Source: a plasmid
Sequence record: NZ_CP023785.1
Strand: one strand, 5' to 3'
Length of the DNA stretch: 64,000 nucleotides
Position numbers and translations under genes: made by a program. Under the pieces are notes generated by a model. It was not told the origin of the DNA, made no database searches, and worked only from the letters and a program-made list of their open reading frames with translations. Every line of letters starts with the position of its first letter. The first letter of the stretch is position 1. Shown in pieces: positions 18,423 through 27,875 of the stretch.

Positions 18423-19621
18423 TGGAAAACCAAAATGAAAGTTTAATCAAACAGTATGTTAAGCGTCGTGCAAAGCGGCGCTTATTTTTGTGGGTGTTTG
18501 GTACTTCTGCAGGTTTGATTACTATATTGATCACTGTGTTTGTGACCCTTTTTCTAATACTTGCGGCAGGTTCTATTGATAATTCTGATTCAAGTAGTGG
18601 TGGCGAAGCTTTTACAGGAGAATATTCGGAAGGCTTACCCATTTATAAAGAAATCAAAGGAAGAGGCCCTTTTTCTGATGAGATTGCGCAATATGCTGTA
18701 GGTGCAGCAGTGAAGTATAAATTATTACCAAGTGTGATCCTTTCGCAATACGGTTATGAATCAGCGTTTGGTACGTCGGCGTCCGCAAGAAATGATCTCA
18801 ATTATTTTGGGATTACGTGGTTTGATGGGTGTCTGTTTCCTAAAGGAACTGCGCGTGGAATTGGTGGCATTGAAGGTGGCTGGTACATGAAGTTTCCCAA
18901 CTCAAAAGCTGCCTTCTCCTATTACGGCTTTATGGTAGCCACACAATCAAATTTTAATGCTTGTGTCGGAAATAAAAGCCCTGGCGCAAGCTTATTGATC
19001 TTAGGACGAGGAGGGTATGCCGCCGCAGGAATTACTGAAGACAGTGCCTATTATAAAAATTGTATGTCTATTATTAATACAAATAAATTGATGGAGTACG
19101 ATGAGTTTGCGATTAAACACTGGAGAGAAGGCGGCGGAACTGGTGGTACGATTACAGGAAGCTGGGGCAATCCATTCCCAGGAAGTAGCTTAGATAAAAA
19201 TTCGTTCAGTGGAGGACAACTTTTTGGGAAAAATCCAGGAGGAGAATTCCGACCTAACGGGTTCCATGATGGACTAGACTTTGGTTCAGTCGATCATCCA
19301 GGAAGTGAGATTCATGCGGTTCATGGCGGAAAAGTCGTGTACGTTGGCAATCCTGGTATTTCAGGTTTGGGTGCGTGTGTGATCGTGATTAATTACGATG
19401 GCTTGAATATGGTGTATCAAGAATTTGCAAATAGTACAGGAAATTCTCGAGTGAAAGTAGGCGATCAAGTGAAAGTTGGTCAAGTAATTGGGATACGAGA
19501 TACAGCACACTTGCATTTAGGATTTACTCGAATGGATTGGCGTCAAGCACAAGGACATGCATTCATTGATGATGGTACATGGATCGATCCGTTACCATTT
19601 TTGAATAGCAGCAAAAAATAG
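18422..19621 (+). CDS. Bifunctional cell-wall hydrolase (glucosaminidase/lysozyme-like + M23 peptidase), VirB1-like
   Basis: Has an N-terminal TM. The glucosaminidase-like segment is ILSQYGYESAFGTSASARNDLNYFGI. M23 motifs are present (HDGLDFG ... HLHLGF). Confidence 0.7.
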   Translation: MENQNESLIKQYVKRRAKRRLFLWVFGTSAGLITILITVFVTLFLILAAGSIDNSDSSSGGEAFTGEYSEGLPIYKEIKGRGPFSDEIAQYAVGAAVKYKLLPSVILSQYGYESAFGTSASARNDLNYFGITWFDGCLFPKGTARGIGGIEGGWYMKFPNSKAAFSYYGFMVATQSNFNACVGNKSPGASLLILGRGGYAAAGITEDSAYYKNCMSIINTNKLMEYDEFAIKHWREGGGTGGTITGSWGNPFPGSSLDKNSFSGGQLFGKNPGGEFRPNGFHDGLDFGSVDHPGSEIHAVHGGKVVYVGNPGISGLGACVIVINYDGLNMVYQEFANSTGNSRVKVGDQVKVGQVIGIRDTAHLHLGFTRMDWRQAQGHAFIDDGTWIDPLPFLNSSKK

Positions 19622-19636
19622 ATCAGGAGAAAAAAT

Positions 19637-20281
19637 ATGGAAAATAAAACCTTAAAAATCGTCTTAACAGCTGCAATTAGCGTTAGTTTAATCGGCAATA
19701 TTGCGTTGTTTTGGCAGCTTAAAGAAGAACAAGAGACAAATACCTATAAAATTGAAGAAGTGGCTAAAAACGCGTCTGATAAGCTCAAAAAAAATTCTTC
19801 TGAAGCACAGGCGAAGATTGACAAGTTAAATCAAACCATCAATGAGAAAAACCAAGAAATCGATCAGCTGAAGCAACAAGATGGCACAAAAGCAAAAGAG
19901 GAAGTAACTGAAGCACAAAGAAAGACGGCAGAAGAGTTCGGTCAATTGGCCATTGATAAATCATTAAGCAGAAATGAATTAACGGAAAAACTAAAAGATG
20001 TCGCAACCCAAGAAGTGATCGACAAATTAAGTCCTGTAGACGATGATCACCAACATGATGATTACGGAAGTTACTCTTTTACATTAGGTGACGTGCAAAC
20101 TTACGCTCAAACAAGCAGTGTAAAAGAGGAACAAAATTTTGTCGTATTTGTTGATTATACAATCGGCAATCCTCAATTCAAAGATGTCAAACCACAAAAA
20201 ATAAAAGGTGGATTAACTGTCACTGAAAAACAAGTAGATGGTCAATGGAAAGTCACAGACTTTAGTTATTTCACTCGTTAG
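19637..20281 (+). CDS. Bitopic membrane protein, VirB8/TcpC-like candidate
   Basis: Signal-anchor and coiled region followed by a C-terminal globular domain. Position in the T4SS cluster supports it. Confidence 0.35.
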   Translation: MENKTLKIVLTAAISVSLIGNIALFWQLKEEQETNTYKIEEVAKNASDKLKKNSSEAQAKIDKLNQTINEKNQEIDQLKQQDGTKAKEEVTEAQRKTAEEFGQLAIDKSLSRNELTEKLKDVATQEVIDKLSPVDDDHQHDDYGSYSFTLGDVQTYAQTSSVKEEQNFVVFVDYTIGNPQFKDVKPQKIKGGLTVTEKQVDGQWKVTDFSYFTR

Positions 20282-20291
20282 GAGGAAGAAA

Positions 20292-21098
20292 ATGAGTAAG
20301 AAAAAAGGAGCAAGACAACGTTTTAAAAAACGAAAAAGTTATCTTAGATGGCTGGGGATCTTTATGATTCTCGGCTTTTTGATTCTTGCTAGTCCGATTT
20401 ACACACATAAAAAGGTAGACATACCAGATGAAGTAAGCACGAACGCATTTTTAAACACGAAGGAACTGACGATGGTTTCAAAAGAAAAAGGAGCGAACCA
20501 GCAATTAGTTTTTGAATTTGCGATCGACGATGAAGATCAGAGCTTATTAAAAGAACTAGCTAATCTTAATTATCGTGTAGAAGTAAAGACAGCTAAAGGG
20601 GATTATCAAGCAATAAAAGCCAAAGTGATCAAGGTGTCTGATGATTATTTTGTAGTGAAGTTAGCACATGTACCAGAAGAATATATTGCTATGCGATTAA
20701 CTATTATTCCTGAAAAAATTGATCCAAAGGTGGATATGCAAGAACCGCAAGATCTGATTTTTTATATTCACGAAGATAAGGTCAAAGATCACGTGAAAGA
20801 CGAAGATTATGAACAACATGCGATCAATTACAAAGTGAAAGGATACAAGAAAGAACAAAAAGCAGCACAAAAACAAATTGAATCCTTCCAAGCAACCATT
20901 GATTTGAATGAAGAATTAGTGAAGAAACTAAAAGATCAATTGCCTTATCAAGTCGCAGAAGATCAGGAAAATACTGAAAATAAGATTAATAGTTACCAGC
21001 AAGAAATTGAAACATCGAAAACGCAAATGAAAGATCAAGAAGAGAGCATTCAAAAACTTCAAGAAAAAATTGATCGTATGACAAAAGAAAATATTTAG
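20292..21098 (+). CDS. Membrane-anchored coiled-coil protein
   Basis: ATG with a GGAGG RBS. Has a basic N-terminus, a TM and a heptad-rich C-terminus. Confidence 0.4.
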   Translation: MSKKKGARQRFKKRKSYLRWLGIFMILGFLILASPIYTHKKVDIPDEVSTNAFLNTKELTMVSKEKGANQQLVFEFAIDDEDQSLLKELANLNYRVEVKTAKGDYQAIKAKVIKVSDDYFVVKLAHVPEEYIAMRLTIIPEKIDPKVDMQEPQDLIFYIHEDKVKDHVKDEDYEQHAINYKVKGYKKEQKAAQKQIESFQATIDLNEELVKKLKDQLPYQVAEDQENTENKINSYQQEIETSKTQMKDQEESIQKLQEKIDRMTKENI

Positions 21099-21120
21099 AA
21101 GAATAGGTGGAGTAAAAGAA

Positions 21121-21255
21121 ATGAAGCGAGCGAACTTGGTCGGCAAAGATACTTTCGCTGAGCAGAAAGTATTGATTAAAGCCTATCTCAAAGTTGTAAA
21201 AGCTAAAGAAATATGTCAAGAAGTGAATTATCTAACACAACAATATCTGAGTTGA
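21121..21255 (+). CDS. Small ORF (44 aa), hypothetical
   Basis: A GGTGGAG RBS lies upstream of the ATG. Not in the ORF track because it is under 60 aa. Confidence 0.2.
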   Translation: MKRANLVGKDTFAEQKVLIKAYLKVVKAKEICQEVNYLTQQYLS

Positions 21256-21370
21256 AGAATGGTAGAAAGAGTTTAGATACCTTAAAATTCAGATCATTTG
21301 AAGCTCTATATATAGCTGCTAAAAAATATTTTACAGCTGATAATAAATAAAAAATTAAGGTGGGTTCTAT

Positions 21371-22444
21371 GTGAAAAAAACGTATCAAAAGTTTTTATGG
21401 ATTAGCTATATCGTCCTATTTATCGTTGGGTTTCTCGTCAGTGTGTCCGTGATCGTCGGAACGCTTTTTCTTTTGTTCTCTGACGAAGATCTGGTACTTA
21501 AGGGGTTAATGAGTACGTTATCGTGTGTCATGTTACTTTATTTATGTATACAGATCAACGAAATTATGCCCCCTCATTGGCAAGAAAAGAAGAAAGAATT
21601 TAAGGAAGAAATCGAAATAAAATCCAATGACTGGATTGAATACACATGGCTTCCTCTGAAAAGAAATAGCAAACGAAAGGAATTTTGGGCATTGCAATTA
21701 TGGCCAATAGGAAAACTTTTTATTTATATGGCTTCACTTATGGTTACTTTAATCGGTTATTTGGTGGTGGTCTATGGGGTGGCCTATTACTTGTTAAGTG
21801 AGCCAAAACAGATCGCGGCGTCAAATATTTTCACGGCAGTAATGACATTAATGTGTGTCATGTGCTTTTCTATTTTTAGTTACTTACTCGTCCAATTTAT
21901 CAGGCAAAATTTAACAATGAGTAAACTTTTCAAAAGTTTATTGGACTTACTTATCTTAGGCAGTATGTTAACGACTCTAACAGATCGGTTCGAACAATCT
22001 GAAAAAACGGTAGAGGGGATAAAGAACTTCTTAACGACGATTGATCAATTTATAAATGGATATATGTATTTGTTTGAAGTAGGCTTTATTCTCACTTTGT
22101 TTGGTTGTGTATTTATAAAACTCATTAAAAGATCAATCGAAAAAGAAATGGTTATTGATCTAATTCCGACGCTGAGCGGCTATGAGTATTACGTTGATTT
22201 TGGAAAGTATGAGGAGTTGATCCATACGGATATCGTTCACACGAGTATCCATGAAGTAACCGTTAAGGGCATCAGATCTACTTTAAAAGATGGACAGGAG
22301 ACGAAAACAATCGACCGAAGAAAAGAGGTCTACAATTTTTATAAAGTTGAAGCAAGTCTACGATATGGCATTGGGAAATTGAGGTTAGATGGGAGTAATA
22401 TTCAACAAAACAAACCATATGTTTTAGGAAAAGTGGTGATTTAG
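21371..22444 (+). CDS. Polytopic membrane protein with C-terminal soluble domain
   Basis: GTG start with an AAGGTGGG RBS. At least 6 TM segments. Confidence 0.45.
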   Translation: MKKTYQKFLWISYIVLFIVGFLVSVSVIVGTLFLLFSDEDLVLKGLMSTLSCVMLLYLCIQINEIMPPHWQEKKKEFKEEIEIKSNDWIEYTWLPLKRNSKRKEFWALQLWPIGKLFIYMASLMVTLIGYLVVVYGVAYYLLSEPKQIAASNIFTAVMTLMCVMCFSIFSYLLVQFIRQNLTMSKLFKSLLDLLILGSMLTTLTDRFEQSEKTVEGIKNFLTTIDQFINGYMYLFEVGFILTLFGCVFIKLIKRSIEKEMVIDLIPTLSGYEYYVDFGKYEELIHTDIVHTSIHEVTVKGIRSTLKDGQETKTIDRRKEVYNFYKVEASLRYGIGKLRLDGSNIQQNKPYVLGKVVI

Positions 22445-22481
22445 AACTTCCTATGAAAGATGAATAAATAAGGAGAATCTT

Positions 22482-22757
22482 TTGAAAATGATTCTTCTTT
22501 ACAGAATTGTGCTTATAGTTGGCACGGAGTTAAAAATCTTAAAGAAGGAGCAGTTATTCAAAGTGAAAGAACATCATAATCAGTTACTATGTATTAAAAC
22601 GGGTACGATGAACATTCAATACCGAACAGAATATTTAGAATTAACGAATCAAACTGATTTTTTGTCGATTCGAGAGCAACATAAGCAAGAAAAATTAATG
22701 GCTACTTATAGCCAATTGATTGATGAGTGGGAACAATTCAAGGAATCTAAAACATAA
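22482..22757 (+). CDS. Hypothetical protein
   Basis: 91 aa with an AAGGAG RBS. Confidence 0.35.
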   Translation: MKMILLYRIVLIVGTELKILKKEQLFKVKEHHNQLLCIKTGTMNIQYRTEYLELTNQTDFLSIREQHKQEKLMATYSQLIDEWEQFKESKT

Positions 22758-22796
22758 AATTCCATTTAAACACCTTATTTTTTAAAGAGCATAAGG

Positions 22797-23010
22797 AAAC
22801 GTGTACCCACTTTCAAAATAAAGTGGGTAGATAGGCTGTGCCTATCACGTTTCTGAAAAAAATAAATGACCCCAAAATTTTCAATTTATGTGTAGGTTTA
22901 TGGGTAGCAAAAATATGAATGTGGGCAGCAAAAAGTTCATTTGTGGGTAGTAAAATTCAAATGTGTGTAGCAATGTGTGTAGCTACACACATTGCTACAC
23001 ACGCTATAAC
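22797..23010. promoter_or_regulatory. Candidate origin of transfer (oriT): nested hairpins, ~22-bp direct repeats and a 38-bp perfect palindrome
   Basis: Nested inverted repeats sit at 22797-22853 (GAAACGTG...CACGTTTC and the inner TACCCACTTT/AAAGTGGGTA). Iteron-like repeats of the GGGTAGCAAAAAT type recur at ~22-bp spacing. A perfect palindrome TGTGTAGCAATGTGTGTAG|CTACACACATTGCTACACA lies at 22957-22994. All of this is immediately upstream of the RHH gene and the relaxase. Confidence 0.45.
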
Positions 23011-23032
23011 ATATAGTGAAAAGGAGATATTT

Positions 23033-23308
23033 ATGGAAGTAAAAATAAGAGATATTGATGAAAAAACGATTCAAAGAATTGACCGAAGATGTATTGAATT
23101 AAGTGAACGCACCGGGACTAAATGGAGCCGAAATCGATACCTAAAAGTTTTGATTGAAAATGATTTTGACCATGAACTTATGGATCATAGAAAAGATCAA
23201 TTTGATCGGTTGTTAGAAAAATTTGTGGATATTCAAACTTATAATACGAAAATTTTAGAAGAATATATTGCAACAAATAATCAATTAATCGCCTTGTTAA
23301 TTGAATAA
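23033..23308 (+). CDS. Ribbon-helix-helix relaxosome accessory protein candidate
   Basis: MEVKIRDIDEKTIQRIDRRCIELSE has the beta-strand then helix pattern of RHH proteins. An AAGGAG RBS is present. Sits between the putative oriT and the relaxase. Confidence 0.4.
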   Translation: MEVKIRDIDEKTIQRIDRRCIELSERTGTKWSRNRYLKVLIENDFDHELMDHRKDQFDRLLEKFVDIQTYNTKILEEYIATNNQLIALLIE

Positions 23309-23349
23309 TAAAAATAGTATTGTGAATTTATAAAAGGAGGAAATCAATT

Positions 23350-23772
23350 TTGGCAAAAGCAACAAGAAAACATGTATATCTTTACGATATGCATATCGAA
23401 GTACTTGATGAAATAATTTCTACTCATGAAGATATATCTAATTATAGTGAAGCAGTCAGACATTTGTGTATGATGTATGATCCAAAAATCGAAGAAAAAA
23501 TAAATCCAATTCAAATTAAATTGAATGCAATGGGAAAAGAAATTTCTATATTAACCGAAATGGTTTCAGAGTTTGCGGATCTTCATTTGAAAGATACAGG
23601 AATACTAATTGGTACAAATTCAACTGTCTATCAAGAAGCAAAAGAGCGTGTGGAAGGGAAAATAAAAGCGAATCAAACGAAAAAGTATTCTCCTAAGATC
23701 AAGAAACCAATAAATGAATCTGTTCATGCCAGAGTAGACCCGTTTGATCCAACAAAGTTTTTAAAAAGATAA
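23350..23772 (+). CDS. Hypothetical protein (relaxase operon)
   Basis: TTG start with a GGAGG RBS. 140 aa. Confidence 0.35.
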   Translation: MAKATRKHVYLYDMHIEVLDEIISTHEDISNYSEAVRHLCMMYDPKIEEKINPIQIKLNAMGKEISILTEMVSEFADLHLKDTGILIGTNSTVYQEAKERVEGKIKANQTKKYSPKIKKPINESVHARVDPFDPTKFLKR

Positions 23773-23788
23773 AAAGTAGAAGGGGAAC

Positions 23789-25384
23789 ATGATGAATAAA
23801 TCGCCTGCAGTCATTCTCACTTGTCAATTTACCTTGCCCAATAAAAAATCTTTTTCAACATACATTGATTATATGACAAGAGAAAAAGCGCTGGAAGAAA
23901 AGGAACGACGCACGCCGGACGAAGAACAGGAACTGCAACGAATCAAGAATGCTTTAGAGGATTTTTATATTCCTGAAGGAGAAACTTTTTCGGAGAGTAA
24001 GACAGATAAAGAATTCAGTGAAACGTCGAATGAAGCTCAATCGTTGATGGAACATGGAATCAATTTTGACAAGTTAGAGGAACAAGATTTTACCAAATAT
24101 CTTTCTTATATGACCCGTCACTATGCGTTAGAACAAAAGAAAGAACTGACGCAAAGGGAACAAAAAGAATACCAACGGTTGAACCAAGCAATGAAAAAAT
24201 ATCAAACAGAGCCACATAAAAAAGCTTCAGGAAATCTTCCTGGAGTTTTTTCTATGGCTTCAGACGAAGTGAAAGGAAGTGATCTGAAGGAGATCAAACA
24301 AATCTTCCAAAGAGGGCAACAAAAAGGCTCAATCATTTATCAAGATGTTGTCTCTCACGACAATTCGTATCTTGAAAAAATGGGCTTGTACGATCCCAAA
24401 ACAGATACCTTAGATGAAGAAGGATTAAAAGCAGCTGGAAGAAAAATGATGGAGACATTATTCGAGAAAGAACAATTGAATGAAACAGGTTACTGGATGG
24501 CAACGATTCACCGTAACACTAAGCATATCCATATTCATTTTGCAGTTGTTGAAAAAGAAAATACGCGTAAACCTTACACGGAGGTTGAAAATGGTGTGAG
24601 TTATATCGTACCGAAAGGTAAGAGAAGACAAGCAACATTAGACGCAATGAAGACCAATTATGTACATGAGTTAGAACGTTTTTCTTATGAAAAGGATCGA
24701 ATGATTGGTATGGAGAAACGAAATTTATTGACGCGGAAAAGTGATTTGCGTAACACCTTAACAAAAGTGGTAAAAGAGCCAGCGCGTTACGATCGACACG
24801 CAATGAACTTATTAAATGAAGTATATAAAACCCTACCTGACAAACGTTCGGAATGGCATTATGGGGATGAAAAACGAACCAAACTTTCACCATACACAAG
24901 AGAGAAACTCGATGAGTTAACCAAATATGTGTTAACAAAAGAACCTGAATATCAAGAATATATACAGATTTCAAAATCATTGAAAGAAGAAGCAAAAAGT
25001 CTTTATGGGGAAAGCAAGAGAGAATCAAAGGATGCAGAAAAAAATGCTCTCTTTGATTTGAAGAAGCGCACAGGAAATGCCATTCTAACAGAACTGAAGA
25101 AACAGGATAGTCAAATAAAACCTTTAATAGAAAGTATGGATCAGATGCAATCTATTTACAATGAACGATCCTTTCGAACGCTTAAACAGTTACCAACGAA
25201 TGAATACAAATATAGTTACGAAGAATTCATGAAGCGCAGGAAACAATTCCAACAAAGAGTTGTCACGCAACGGAGTTTGCGTCAATTAAATCGAACGATT
25301 AATGCCCATGAAGAAAAATACCACGCAAGTAAAGCCTACGAAGAGCAACAACGAAGAATTCAAATGGAACAAGAAAGACAGTAA
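23789..25384 (+). CDS. Conjugative relaxase (MOB nuclease domain with His-triad motif)
   Basis: 531 aa. HRNTKHIHIHFAVVEKEN is an HxHxH relaxase motif III. The N-terminus has a conserved Tyr region. The C-terminus is coiled and acidic. Confidence 0.6.
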   Translation: MMNKSPAVILTCQFTLPNKKSFSTYIDYMTREKALEEKERRTPDEEQELQRIKNALEDFYIPEGETFSESKTDKEFSETSNEAQSLMEHGINFDKLEEQDFTKYLSYMTRHYALEQKKELTQREQKEYQRLNQAMKKYQTEPHKKASGNLPGVFSMASDEVKGSDLKEIKQIFQRGQQKGSIIYQDVVSHDNSYLEKMGLYDPKTDTLDEEGLKAAGRKMMETLFEKEQLNETGYWMATIHRNTKHIHIHFAVVEKENTRKPYTEVENGVSYIVPKGKRRQATLDAMKTNYVHELERFSYEKDRMIGMEKRNLLTRKSDLRNTLTKVVKEPARYDRHAMNLLNEVYKTLPDKRSEWHYGDEKRTKLSPYTREKLDELTKYVLTKEPEYQEYIQISKSLKEEAKSLYGESKRESKDAEKNALFDLKKRTGNAILTELKKQDSQIKPLIESMDQMQSIYNERSFRTLKQLPTNEYKYSYEEFMKRRKQFQQRVVTQRSLRQLNRTINAHEEKYHASKAYEEQQRRIQMEQERQ

Positions 25385-25404
25385 AGACAGTAGGAGGAAT
25401 AGCA

Positions 25405-25740
25405 ATGAAACAATATTTAGATCAATGGAAAGTTATAGAAGGATCATTAAGAGAAGAACGAATCGAACAACTTCCCGATTGTTTAGAAAAAGAGCATTTG
25501 TTTCAGATAAGAGAAATGTTGAGAAACGAACAGTTTGATCCAAATCAATTTTTAGTCGTTGAGTACTCAGCTACTGGTGTGTACTGTTGTAATCATGTGA
25601 AGGGTGAAAAATATTTTATCATTCAAGAATATGAGGGCAAGTTAGCGCCTTATTATACTACTTGGGAAATGAATGAAGAGGGGATCAATAACTTCCCGTG
25701 TAAAAGCATTGAAGAGTCTATTTCACTCACAGAATGTTAG
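25405..25740 (+). CDS. Hypothetical protein
   Basis: 111 aa with a GGAGG RBS. Confidence 0.4.
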   Translation: MKQYLDQWKVIEGSLREERIEQLPDCLEKEHLFQIREMLRNEQFDPNQFLVVEYSATGVYCCNHVKGEKYFIIQEYEGKLAPYYTTWEMNEEGINNFPCKSIEESISLTEC

Positions 25741-25765
25741 TTGTTAAGTGAATAAAAGAAGTAAA

Positions 25766-25800
25766 AGAGTCCTGAACGTAATTGTCCAGGACTCTTTTTT
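25766..25800 (+). terminator. Rho-independent terminator
   Basis: AGAGTCCTG-loop-CAGGACTCTTTTTTT. Confidence 0.65.
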
Positions 25801-25885
25801 TCAATGAATTGTTTTCCGCCAATTCAATGAGTGGTGCGATTTGCGACTACATTATATCAAAAGAAAGAGAAGGGAGGAAGAAGAA

Positions 25886-26080
25886 ATGGCTTATTCAACG
25901 ATTGGAGTTGTTGTTGAAAAAAGCAGAGACAATCTCGTTTTTGTGACAGAAATTCAAACGGGCAGAGCTTTTGTCGTCACAGACAAAGCGGCAAAAGCGT
26001 ATCAAAGTGGCGATATTTTAACGTTAAATCTGACTACGAAGACGTTCGTCGATGCGGCAGAAGATTATCCATTTGTTTAG
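25886..26080 (+). CDS. Small hypothetical protein
   Basis: Internal ATG with a GGGAGG RBS. 64 aa. Confidence 0.4.
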   Translation: MAYSTIGVVVEKSRDNLVFVTEIQTGRAFVVTDKAAKAYQSGDILTLNLTTKTFVDAAEDYPFV

Positions 26081-26119
26081 TCTAATGGTGATAAGTCAAG
26101 ATGAAATTTAAGATTTTCT

Positions 26120-27800
26120 TTATTGAGTAATATGTTTTGAAGCGCACGAAACTAGACCCGATCAAAATCAAATTTTTTTCGGGTTGATTCAAGGATTTGC
26201 GTCAATAACGGATTGTTATTTCTCTATCACACTCCTTGGTGGCGTATAGAGTTGGTGTTTACGTAGTAGCGTATCCACCAGACGCGTAAATTTTCTTGCG
26301 GTTAGGACGAGTGCACGTTTGTGTTGATGCTTTGGAACCTCCTTATATTTACTTTGATAAAAAGCTTTGTATTCAGGAAGATAATTTTTTACAGAGTTGG
26401 CAGCTTCAACTAAGTAGTATCTAAAATATCGATTTCCTTGTTTTGTCAGAGGTGTATTTTGCGACTGATAGTTTCCAGATTGGTTCACTTTCCAACTTAA
26501 TCCAGCGTATTTTGCCAATTTTGTCTGATCTTCAAATCTTTCGATTTGACCAATTTCAGCGATTAAACCGGCAGCATAGACTTTACCAACGCCTGGAATA
26601 CTGGTTAAGCATTGATATTCTGGAATGACAACAATTACTTGTTCGATGGCTTTATCTAATTCTTTGATATTTTTTTCAAGTGCTCGTATTTCTCGTACGA
26701 GAACACTTAAAACAACATTAATTGATTCTTGTGCAAGAGCACCTAGGCGGTAACTCATGGTAATTGCACGTTGAATTGCTTTAGCGATTTTTTCTGGTTG
26801 CTTGAAACGGCCTTTTCCTTTTTCTTGAAGTAAATCACAGAAAGCTTCTAAAGGAAGCTCAGCAAGTTCATCCAATGTGAAATCTTCCGTCATGAGTGAA
26901 ATGAGGGTTGCACTAAAAAGACTCGTCGATTCGTCTCGCATTTCTCGAGCAAGCGTATTACATTTGTACGTTAGATTTTCAAGAAAATGTTGCTTTGTAC
27001 GAATCAATTGCTTAATAAGTTGATAGCGAGTACGTGTTAAACGCTGTAAGGCCATGTATTTCTCTTCTTTGATAGGGGAAGTTGTGAATCGTTGAATACG
27101 CAAGAAATCAGCGATTCTTAATGCATCGTTTCGATCAGTTTTATTCTCATCAAACATGCGACTAAATTGTTTCACCCGAAAAGGATTTTCAATCGTTACA
27201 AGTGTGTTGAGCTTCTTTAGTTTCTCATCTTCATGAAAAAACATGGAAGGATGGAAGCTGTACATGGACGTTGACTCCATGCCAATCACAATTTGATCAA
27301 AGTGGTAGCTGTCATTGAATTCAAGAATTGTTTCTCGTATGAATGAAGCACCTTCGATGTCATTGGCAACAGAGATTTCAGATAAGATAGACAATTGATT
27401 GTCGTCTGTTAAAAAACAAACATCTAGTTTTTCAGAGCTAACGTCAATACCGACAAATAATTTCATGGAAGAAGGACCTCCTTTCGATATAAATTTTGGA
27501 AAATGCTTCGATACTGTGGGATTTCCCAGAAACTCACTGTATAGCCACAACCTCGCCTAATAGAATACGGTGATAAAAGAGCTAGAAGCTGCCTTCCAAA
27601 CTACTATTTGAAAGTCTAGTCCATTATCGAAACAGCTAATGAGTTGGTAGTGATAACAGTGGTTCGGGTAACAGACTAAACAGGGTAGACAAACGCTACA
27701 GGAGGAAATAGCAAATTCCCGTTGGATCCTTTCCATACATCCATTGTACTCTGAGAAATCACACAATATCGAAACAAATTCCGTTAGGAATGTGTTATTC
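26120..27800 (-). mobile_element. IS110-family insertion sequence (boundaries not determinable; family lacks terminal IRs)
   Basis: Contains a DEDD-type transposase gene. No terminal inverted repeats were found, which is expected for IS110. Confidence 0.35.
26216..27466 (-). CDS. IS110-family transposase
   Basis: The N-terminus MKLFVGIDVSSEKLDVCF carries the DEDD-family first Asp. The C-terminus has LTSIPGVG. A GGAGG RBS lies 7 nt upstream of this ATG. The longer listed ORF start has no RBS. Confidence 0.75.
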   Translation of the reverse strand: MKLFVGIDVSSEKLDVCFLTDDNQLSILSEISVANDIEGASFIRETILEFNDSYHFDQIVIGMESTSMYSFHPSMFFHEDEKLKKLNTLVTIENPFRVKQFSRMFDENKTDRNDALRIADFLRIQRFTTSPIKEEKYMALQRLTRTRYQLIKQLIRTKQHFLENLTYKCNTLAREMRDESTSLFSATLISLMTEDFTLDELAELPLEAFCDLLQEKGKGRFKQPEKIAKAIQRAITMSYRLGALAQESINVVLSVLVREIRALEKNIKELDKAIEQVIVVIPEYQCLTSIPGVGKVYAAGLIAEIGQIERFEDQTKLAKYAGLSWKVNQSGNYQSQNTPLTKQGNRYFRYYLVEAANSVKNYLPEYKAFYQSKYKEVPKHQHKRALVLTARKFTRLVDTLLRKHQLYTPPRSVIEK

Positions 27801-27875
27801 AATAAATTTTATAATCTAGAAACATTTTGAATAAAAACTATTAGACAAATGATATTTTACGAGGAGGAAACGGAC

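Noticed and set aside
22919-23032. N-terminal extension of ORF 22919..23308 (MWAAKSSFVGSKIQMCVAMCVATHIATHAITY...)
   Set aside because: It is the translation of the iteron and palindrome DNA of the putative oriT. The real gene starts at 23033 with an AAGGAG RBS.
26216-27550. Longer 444-aa version of the IS110 transposase starting at 27550
   Set aside because: The first 28 codons have no RBS and are not family-like. The internal ATG at 27466 is preceded by GGAGG and begins with the conserved MKLFVGIDVS N-terminus.
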